Below, one piece after another: positions 50,189 through 57,347 of a DNA stretch of 64,000 nucleotides (positions are counted from its first letter, which is position 1; each line of letters opens with the position of its first letter). Origin of the DNA: a virus; the IMG/VR virus record IMGVR_UViG_3300010939_000019, positions 1 to 64,000 of that record. The stretch is one strand, 5' to 3'. Made by a program: the position numbers and the translations under genes. The notes under the pieces are model-generated. The model worked only from the letters and a program-made list of their open reading frames with translations. It did no database searches and was not told the origin of the DNA.

Positions 50189-50974
50189 AAGATAAGTAGA
50201 GACTAACTCTGAAAATTGTGCGATTCGTGATTTTATGTGTCTAGGTCACTCAGGCATGGCTAACCGAAATTCCAGAATCTTAGCCAGCCTTTCCGAAACT
50301 CGCTGTCCTCTGTGCCTATGTCTTGGCACATCTCGTCTATAAACTGTTCTGCTGCCATATCTACAGGTATATATTGAGGATTACTCATTACCCTTCTTTT
50401 TATATACCCTCTTGCTTCTTCGTCTGTGCCATCGCGCCAGAATCTCTGTCCAGGAGACGGTATATGATCTGGTACACAGGCATCAGTTCTCCAGTTAATA
50501 TGCTGGCTTTCACCACCACATCCTTCAATGTAGCAAGTTGTAATAAATGAGGTAATACCATCTCGACTGTTCCAGATAACCTCTCACCTATTACATTTTC
50601 TACACTGATAATTCATTAGACAGAATGCTTCACCATAATTATAGCCCACTGTTTCGTCCTCTCAAATGGATAACCAAAAATCAGTTTTATCAGTGCTGTC
50701 TGCTACAGGTGTGAATTATACCAGTATCCAGAGTTCCATAAGCGCTGCAACTACACTGCCACCAGATAGACCACGCGACCGACTTCTTCATTAGGAATTT
50801 TCGTCTAGGTGATCTTCACAAACAAAGCGAGGATGATCTACGTATCTTTTATCTATCGGCTATCCTATCCGTCATCATCGCCTACATGTACTTGAAGACA
50901 TCTGCATTCCCAGGTGGCTGTATTTTTACAGAGTGAGACATCACAGTTTTTGAAGCGTTCGTATATAGGCATAG

Positions 50975-51235
50975 TTATCTCTTTACCATACGTCTGGCAA
51001 GCTCCTTACTACTAACATTACATGCTCCTCTTGCTAAAGCTCTTGTCAAAGCAGAATTCGTTGTCAGATCATAGTGTGGATGGTTCCTGTGAACTTGGAA
51101 CCAATGTCTCTTCAAGCCCATATTCTGTGCGAAAGCGTGTAGCTCTTCTAGGCTAGTATCACTAACTAGATGAACGCCATCTGTAAGTATCATTTGCCTT
51201 ACTTGTTCTGTGTCCACACTTAATACAGCGACCAT
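50975..51235 (-). CDS. DUF4031-like protein
   Basis: HLVSDTSLEELHAFAQNMGLKRHWFQ...HPHYDLT...ALARGA matches my recollection of the DUF4031 pattern. Confidence 0.6.
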   Translation of the reverse strand: MVAVLSVDTEQVRQMILTDGVHLVSDTSLEELHAFAQNMGLKRHWFQVHRNHPHYDLTTNSALTRALARGACNVSSKELARRMVKR

Positions 51236-51318
51236 TTTTATCTATAACTGGAGGGCCACAAGAGATATATACAGTAGTTCCTTTACGGAAGTTCTTGTGA
51301 ACTATACGCTTCACTTAC

Positions 51319-51498
51319 TTAACTAGATTTATCTGCTGGCCATATTTTATCAAGTATAATGGCAAAGACACGAACTGTCTTTCCTCTTAAGTTATCGGCT
51401 GTTCCTAGATGTCTAATCCCAAATAAGTCAGGACAGATAACAATATTTCCGCCTGTAATATTAGTGTTGCTGAAACCAGATAGCGACTCCTGCTTCAT
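51319..51498 (-). CDS. hypothetical small protein
   Basis: 59-aa ATG ORF, one codon under the track cutoff. Confidence 0.3.
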   Translation of the reverse strand: MKQESLSGFSNTNITGGNIVICPDLFGIRHLGTADNLRGKTVRVFAIILDKIWPADKSS

Positions 51499-51607
51499 AA
51501 CAGTTAAGTCTTCTCTTTCTATACATCATAGCTGCAATATGGTGCTGTGGTATAAAGCAGCCATGCGAACTTAAATACTTCTCTAGCTTATTAAAGAAGT
51601 CAGTCAT
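51461..51607 (-). CDS. hypothetical small protein
   Basis: 48-aa ORF. Its ATG overlaps the upstream stop (ATGA). Confidence 0.3.
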   Translation of the reverse strand: MTDFFNKLEKYLSSHGCFIPQHHIAAMMYRKRRLNCYEAGVAIWFQQH

Positions 51608-51840
51608 CTTCCAAGAAATATATCTGCAATACAGCTGCCACTGAGTTCTGGATTACCTTTAAACTCAGTGCGGCATCGCTCAAATGCAATACAGGCTCTA
51701 TATTCACCTGTGGTGCTGGAAGTCTCTTTACAGTCGATTCCACTACCATTACTACTGGCAAGAGATATAAATATGACTATAGATATACCAATAATGGCAA
51801 TACCAATTCCTACTAGTGCTGCTCGTCCAATGTCTATCAT
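51604..51840 (-). CDS. membrane-anchored Cys-containing small protein
   Basis: The ATG at 51840 follows RBS GAGAAGGAG (the track start is 51885). One TM helix, then a 4-Cys domain. Confidence 0.45.
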   Translation of the reverse strand: MIDIGRAALVGIGIAIIGISIVIFISLASSNGSGIDCKETSSTTGEYRACIAFERCRTEFKGNPELSGSCIADIFLGR

Positions 51841-51847
51841 GTTATCA

Positions 51848-52300
51848 TTACTCCTTCTCATTATTATATACTGTAAACCTATCATTCAGATATGGTTCTA
51901 TTATAGGCTTTACATCCTCCCATTTTAGTCTACCGTTACCACAGCCAGGACGAGGCATAGCTATAGTCTCGATTACTGGAGAGTTATTTACTATAGAAGA
52001 AATATATCTAACACCTTCTTCAATTAAGTCTATATCTGCTTGTTGACACCAGTGATCTTTAACAGGGAGTGTAATGATAATATAACCTATATCTGTATTG
52101 GCTTCCAGAAAGAAAGGCCTGTTTCCACTGGACTTAATAAGAGCGCCTAAAACATATGAGAGATGTTTATCTCTCTGAGCTGCCTGTAAGGCTACACCAC
52201 GTCCCATAACACAAGCACCATCTTTACGAATAGTACCATTGGTAGTAATAATTATAGCATCTGCTTTAGAGTCCCATAAGTTACCATATACTTCTTTCAT
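51848..52300 (-). CDS. macro-domain (ADP-ribose binding/hydrolase) protein
   Basis: GNLWDSKADAIIITTNGTIRKDGACVMGRGVALQ and PRPGCGNGRLKWEDV fit the macro-domain N-terminal and Gly-rich loops. Confidence 0.6.
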   Translation of the reverse strand: MKEVYGNLWDSKADAIIITTNGTIRKDGACVMGRGVALQAAQRDKHLSYVLGALIKSSGNRPFFLEANTDIGYIIITLPVKDHWCQQADIDLIEEGVRYISSIVNNSPVIETIAMPRPGCGNGRLKWEDVKPIIEPYLNDRFTVYNNEKE

Positions 52301-52527
52301 GAGATCAACCTCCAGGCATATGCTACTCTGTCTCGTTTGTTAATAACTTCTTTATATTCTACGATCCTGTCATGATATGCGACCCAGAGTCTGTCCATAA
52401 TCCATGCTCGACGTTTATTAAGTTTCTCTTGAAGATACCTAGCAGTACACCATTTCTTAGCACTGAGATAAGATAATAACTCTGAGTAGTCATAACTAGT
52501 TGTAACAGGTGACACAATGTTCGACAT
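52297..52527 (-). CDS. winged-helix-like small protein, first gene of the minus-strand operon
   Basis: 76 aa. ATGA overlap with the macro-domain gene. Confidence 0.45.
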   Translation of the reverse strand: MSNIVSPVTTSYDYSELLSYLSAKKWCTARYLQEKLNKRRAWIMDRLWVAYHDRIVEYKEVINKRDRVAYAWRLIS

Positions 52528-52542
52528 GCTATGCCAATTATA

Positions 52543-52571
52543 ATATTAGCATAGGTCTGTAGTTTTGTCAA
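52543..52571 (-). promoter_or_regulatory. conserved promoter copy driving the minus-strand operon
   Basis: The minus strand reads TTGACA-aaactACAGACCTATGc-TAATAT. Confidence 0.5.
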
Positions 52572-52592
52572 GCACTATAGACAACATAGAAA

Positions 52593-52624
52593 TAAGGGGC
52601 TGAGCCACCTATCTCAGCCCCTTA
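52593..52624. other. perfect 12-bp hairpin/palindrome between divergent promoters
   Basis: TAAGGGGCTGAG-8 nt-CTCAGCCCCTTA. Confidence 0.6.
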
Positions 52625-52783
52625 CCAGCTGGTGCAATCATCTACCAGCCAGATCAGAAGGAGGGTCGTCACAACACAGCAACCGATCTATCCATATCAT
52701 ACTTATCATACTTAGAGCCGGATGTCAAATTAGATTCAGAGATACTTGACAACCGGCCTACTATGCTATATATGTAAGGTGAG

Positions 52784-53491
52784 ATGGTATGGAAAAACGC
52801 TACGGGGCGTCGAGATATAGCTATGGGTGGCAGTAAGGCTGTGGTCTTCGCCAAGAACAAAGAGCCAATTCTTGATGAAGAGAGTGGTACTTTTATCTGT
52901 GGTGAAGAGCTAGGCCGTCCTGGTCTACTTTGCAAAGGTACTCCTATCGCTCCACGCTGGCGGTGTAGGCGACATGGTGGAGCTTGGAAGGCTACAGAGA
53001 AAGGTCTAGCTCCAGCTAAAGGTGCTGCTAGTATATATGATCCTCATCGTCTCTGGAAAGGCTATGAGAACATACGGAAAGAGCTGACAGCTCATCCTGA
53101 GCTTATGGAACAGCTCTATACTACAGACTTAGGCGAAGAGCTAGCTGTAGCTCGTATCGTATTAGCTGAGCTTATAAAAAAGACTAATGGCAAGAAAGAC
53201 AGTGATAGTGATATTGATAGAGAACTTGTTCTCAGCTCTCTAAAGGTCATCAGTCGTATAGCTAAAGATGCTAAGATTATCAGAGAAAAGGAGAACGACG
53301 TTATCAAACGAGAGTTCATGGATGGTATCATTGCTGCCATCACTCATGCCTTTACACGCTGCAATAGTTATCAACGTCCATCTGATAGAGCAAGAATATT
53401 CATGTCTGAGTTTGCGGCACTGCTTCCAGGTAATCCTGCTCCAGACTTAGATACTAGTGATATCATAGAAGCTGAGAAGATTAGTGGCTAG
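52784..53491 (+). CDS. terminase small subunit candidate
   Basis: 235 aa, directly upstream of TerL and overlapping it by 8 nt. Synteny only. Confidence 0.45.
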   Translation: MVWKNATGRRDIAMGGSKAVVFAKNKEPILDEESGTFICGEELGRPGLLCKGTPIAPRWRCRRHGGAWKATEKGLAPAKGAASIYDPHRLWKGYENIRKELTAHPELMEQLYTTDLGEELAVARIVLAELIKKTNGKKDSDSDIDRELVLSSLKVISRIAKDAKIIREKENDVIKREFMDGIIAAITHAFTRCNSYQRPSDRARIFMSEFAALLPGNPAPDLDTSDIIEAEKISG

Positions 53492-55193
53492 GCAAATGAA
53501 GATAGAATCCTTACAAGTAGTTGGTGACAAAGGTGCTGACTATCTTACCAGAGGATTACGTGAAAGTCTTATAGGTACTGAAGTATCAGATGTTGAAGAT
53601 CTTCTAGAGTGGACTCACAAGAATCGCCTTATTAATGGTCATGAAGTAAGCTTACCACCATCACAACTTGGTATCTATGAAGACTTATCACCTGAAGTAG
53701 TTATCCAGAAAGGAACACAGGTATTCGTATCTGAGTTTCTAGTTAATCTCTCTCTATGGTCTATTGACTCTAAATATGCAGATCGCGGTAATGTTCTATA
53801 TATGATGCCTACACAGTTACTTATGGATGACTTCTCTCAGTCACGTATGGATAAAGCCATAGAAGAGTCACCGTATCTTAACAGGCGCTTTAAAGCTTCT
53901 ATGTCCAGGAATCAAGCTAACAGATCCAGACTAAAACGCCTTGGTGGTAGCTCTTTGCATATGAGAGGTTCAGACTCTCTTAAACAGGCTATCTCTGTTG
54001 ATGCTGATATAGTCATAGATGACGAGGTTGACTGGTTCAGCGAAGAGACTATAGAATGGACTAAAGAGCGTCTAGGCTCAAGTAAGCAGCCATTATTCAG
54101 AGCTGTCTCAAAACCGACATATCCTGGCCAGGGTATTGACTTAATGTACAGTGAATCCGATAAGCGACAGTGGCATATTAAGTGTGAACATTGTAACAGA
54201 TGGCAGCCTATAGACTGGTGGAAAAACATCGTCTTTCATTATGACGATAGAATTCAAGCTGTCACTGATGTAAAGGTTCTATGTAGTAACGAAAAGTGCC
54301 GCCAGCCTATTAATCGTCTCGCAGATGGTGAATGGATAGCAGCTCATCCAGGTAGACGAATACATGGCTATCACTTATCACGCCTTCTGTCTCCGCTTGC
54401 TAATCTAGTTGATATGGCTGAAGATTCTCTTAGGGTTTCTGATATACCAAAACTTCAGCGCTTCTATAACTCAGGTCTTGGATTAGCATATGCACCAAAG
54501 GGTGGTAGAATTGATAGTTCAGAACTTAAGTATGATAGTGAGCTAACACTACACACTGCTAATGAAGGCTATGGTGGAGTCGACGTTGGGCTTAAACTTC
54601 ATGCTGCTGTTATCGAAAGAGATAATGACAGGTGGGAAGTTAGACAGCTTGAAGAATTTGATACATTCGAAGAGTTAGATCGTTGGTTTAATAGAAATAA
54701 TATCAAGACCTGTATTATAGATGCTCGTGGCGATCCTAGAGCTACTACAGAATGGGCTGAAAAGTATACTGGTCGTGTATATCGCTGGACACACGTAGAA
54801 AACACTAACGATGTACGATACACTGAAGACACTGCTGAAGTAAAGCTCAATCGTACTTCTCTTCTTGATAATATGTTTGCTGCTTGTCGTGAAGAACGAC
54901 TAGTCTTTCCAACTGATATTAGAAACATTCCTAGCTTCTTAGCGCATCTTCGTGCTCTAGTACGAGAATTAATCAAAGACCCACGACTGAATAAACTAAT
55001 ACCTAGATACGTTGGCTCTGCGCCAGATCACTATGCTTTTGCTCTTAGTTATGCTATACTTGCAGCAGGTGAAGACTTAGCTAGTCCACCACCTACAGTC
55101 ACTGATAAAGAGGCTTTCGTTTTTGCAGGTCAGTCAAGTTCTGCATCATGGACAGGTGTAGGTAAAGGTCGAGGCTGGAGAGGTATAGGCTAG
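53484..55193 (+). CDS. terL: terminase large subunit (GpA-like)
   Basis: 569 aa. VIQKGTQVFVSEF...LYMMPT resembles the KxaQvGxT ATPase region of the GpA family. CEHCNRW...CSNEKCRQPI zinc-finger-like insert. Sits upstream of the portal gene. Confidence 0.8.
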   Translation: MARQMKIESLQVVGDKGADYLTRGLRESLIGTEVSDVEDLLEWTHKNRLINGHEVSLPPSQLGIYEDLSPEVVIQKGTQVFVSEFLVNLSLWSIDSKYADRGNVLYMMPTQLLMDDFSQSRMDKAIEESPYLNRRFKASMSRNQANRSRLKRLGGSSLHMRGSDSLKQAISVDADIVIDDEVDWFSEETIEWTKERLGSSKQPLFRAVSKPTYPGQGIDLMYSESDKRQWHIKCEHCNRWQPIDWWKNIVFHYDDRIQAVTDVKVLCSNEKCRQPINRLADGEWIAAHPGRRIHGYHLSRLLSPLANLVDMAEDSLRVSDIPKLQRFYNSGLGLAYAPKGGRIDSSELKYDSELTLHTANEGYGGVDVGLKLHAAVIERDNDRWEVRQLEEFDTFEELDRWFNRNNIKTCIIDARGDPRATTEWAEKYTGRVYRWTHVENTNDVRYTEDTAEVKLNRTSLLDNMFAACREERLVFPTDIRNIPSFLAHLRALVRELIKDPRLNKLIPRYVGSAPDHYAFALSYAILAAGEDLASPPPTVTDKEAFVFAGQSSSASWTGVGKGRGWRGIG

Positions 55194-55195
55194 TT

Positions 55196-55405
55196 ATGGA
55201 ACAACAGTCTGTCTCAAGACTAGAAATAATAAAAGACTTAGAGAGCGTCATTGAAGAAATAAGATCTGGTAAGTATTCATCAGTAGCTCTTCTCCAGAGC
55301 ATTACAGTCAGTGAAAGAAGTATCAATCCAGGTATTTCTGAGAGTTATCAGAGTGGCAAGCAAGTTACAATTATACTAGCGGCAGGAAATAACAATGGCA
55401 ACTAA
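55196..55405 (+). CDS. hypothetical protein between terminase and portal
   Basis: 69-aa ORF in a position analogous to lambda gpW. Confidence 0.4.
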   Translation: MEQQSVSRLEIIKDLESVIEEIRSGKYSSVALLQSITVSERSINPGISESYQSGKQVTIILAAGNNNGN

Positions 55406-56816
55406 TCAGAAGTTACAAAAGTCTGCCTTGTCTCCCCGACAATCCACTACAGGATTGAATGTTTGGGGTGGCTCCATCATGGAGGACTACCTAGTTGAAC
55501 TCCGTGGCAAATCCGGTATCGCTGTTTATAACGAAATGCGAAAGGGTAATCCTATTGCAGGCGGCTTTATACGTGCTATTGAGATGGCCTTCAGATCTGT
55601 TACATGGTTAGATATACCATATGAGATGGACGAAGAAGGTATGGAACGGGCTGCCTTTCTAACTTCAGTTCGCAAAGATATGAAAGACCCTTGGGCTGTT
55701 ATTATGGCTAATGCAACAACAGTCCTTCCATTTGGTCATGCTCCATTTGAGATGACATTTAAACATCGCAATGGTAAGAAGGGTAAACAGCCATCTGAAT
55801 TCGATGATGGTAAGATCGGTCTGGAGAATCTTGATCTTATTCCACAAGATACTATAGAACGATGGGAGACAGAACTAAACTCTCCTGAAATTATAGCTAT
55901 TACACAGAAACCGCCTCCAAGCTATACAGAAATTAGAATCCCAATAGAGAAGGTTATCAACTTCAGGCTCAGAACGGAGAAAGATAATCCGGAGGGAGAG
56001 AGTATATTTAGGCAAGCCTATCGTCCCTGGTACTTTATGAATAATCTGGAGGCCATTGAGGGTATCTCCTTAGAGCGTACAGGTGCTGGTATACCTCTAA
56101 TAGTTCTTCCAAAGGGCGCAACAACAATAAAAGATAAAGGCGCTCTATCTGATGAACAAGCAGCCATAGATATAGTAAAGCAGGTGAGAGTAGATGAACA
56201 GGGTGGTATCGTACTATTCTTCGGATGGGAATTCCGATTGGCCAGACCAGAGGGACGAGTCGATCCTGACTTGTTCGATCTTGCCATCAAGCGCCATCGC
56301 TCTAATATGCTTATCTCTGTCCTGGCCGCTTTTCTTGAATTTGGCACAGCTAGAGTTGGCTCTTTCGCTCTGGCCCAACAGTCGCGTTCCTTCTTCGAAG
56401 TTGCTCTTGAAGGATACGTCTCTATTATCGAGGAAACATTTAATAAGAAGTTTATCCCGCTCCTCTTTGAACTGAACGGTATTGTAGACGGCAAATATCC
56501 GAAGCTGACTCATACTACAGTAGGTGATCCTGAGCTTGAAGCTCTAGCAAAGTATATCAAAACCTTAACTGAAACTGGTTATCTGAAGCCTGATCCTGTT
56601 TTACGCGACTATCTCAGAGATGTAGCACGTCTGCCAAAGGGAGCATCTGTTTCAGAGCGTCAAGAACTGGCCAATAAAGACGAGGAGCCTAATCCTGAAA
56701 TGACTGATCAGAATGGTAATGGCCAGTTCCCAGTAGATAGTGATGGTAGCGAAAATGGCCGACGAGAGCTAAGGCGTATGGCTAGGGCTATGGCAGATGA
56801 TGAAGGTGATAAATAG
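55395..56816 (+). CDS. portal protein
   Basis: 473 aa after TerL, with an acidic C-terminus. The N-terminal YNEMRKGNPIAGGFIRAIEMAF resembles Mu gp29/DUF935-type portals. Confidence 0.7.
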   Translation: MATNQKLQKSALSPRQSTTGLNVWGGSIMEDYLVELRGKSGIAVYNEMRKGNPIAGGFIRAIEMAFRSVTWLDIPYEMDEEGMERAAFLTSVRKDMKDPWAVIMANATTVLPFGHAPFEMTFKHRNGKKGKQPSEFDDGKIGLENLDLIPQDTIERWETELNSPEIIAITQKPPPSYTEIRIPIEKVINFRLRTEKDNPEGESIFRQAYRPWYFMNNLEAIEGISLERTGAGIPLIVLPKGATTIKDKGALSDEQAAIDIVKQVRVDEQGGIVLFFGWEFRLARPEGRVDPDLFDLAIKRHRSNMLISVLAAFLEFGTARVGSFALAQQSRSFFEVALEGYVSIIEETFNKKFIPLLFELNGIVDGKYPKLTHTTVGDPELEALAKYIKTLTETGYLKPDPVLRDYLRDVARLPKGASVSERQELANKDEEPNPEMTDQNGNGQFPVDSDGSENGRRELRRMARAMADDEGDK

Positions 56817-56953
56817 TGATAACTGATCTTGTTAGAGTAATAAGAAGTGATGGTAAGATAATAAAATCAGGTACTACAGATATTCCTCGCTGTTTTTGGT
56901 GCGGAGTAGGTTGGAGTATACATGATACAGGAAGTCAGTGCCCATACCGATGA
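56816..56953 (+). CDS. small Cys-containing protein
   Basis: 45 aa, GTG overlapping the portal stop. CFWCG...C. Confidence 0.3.
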   Translation: MITDLVRVIRSDGKIIKSGTTDIPRCFWCGVGWSIHDTGSQCPYR

Positions 56954-57213
56954 TAATTCCTGCTCAGAGTAAGATTCTAGTAGAGGTCTATGCTCAGAAA
57001 CATTCTCTTATTCACTTACCTGAGTTTGTAACTCAACCTAATCTATCTGTAGCAGAGATTGTCAAAGGCGGTAACGGCAGTTTTAATATAGGTCAATTGA
57101 TTCTAATCCCAACAAGAGCTGGCCTTATTATAAGAGAAAATGGTACTAAATATAGACTCATTAATGAATCAGATATTATTGCTAAGATTATAAGAAAAGA
57201 TGACGATGAATAA
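56950..57213 (+). CDS. GroES/Cpn10-like co-chaperonin candidate
   Basis: IIPAQSKILVEV...IHLPE...AEIVKGGNG...GQLILIP...GTKYRLINESDIIAKI follows the Cpn10 pattern. ATGA overlap start (the track start is 56938). Confidence 0.5.
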   Translation: MIIPAQSKILVEVYAQKHSLIHLPEFVTQPNLSVAEIVKGGNGSFNIGQLILIPTRAGLIIRENGTKYRLINESDIIAKIIRKDDDE

Positions 57214-57347
57214 TATATGTACAGCTTCGTGATGGCATCAGTTGAAGTATCTATTACACTCTTAAGTGGTAAGCTGACAGGTATTTTAAAGAGCAGTAAT
57301 ATATCTGTATCTAGATAATCAAGTAAAATAAATATCAAGAAATAGTT

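Noticed and set aside
50323-50550. Plus-strand ORF of 75 aa
   Set aside because: It has an odd hydrophobic/Cys/Tyr-rich composition, no RBS, and lies in a region where the neighbouring genes and the better protein-like frame are on the minus strand.
52669-52935. Minus-strand ORF of 88 aa
   Set aside because: It overlaps the 52746 promoter and the start of the TerS candidate, and it has a Ser/Pro-rich low-complexity translation.
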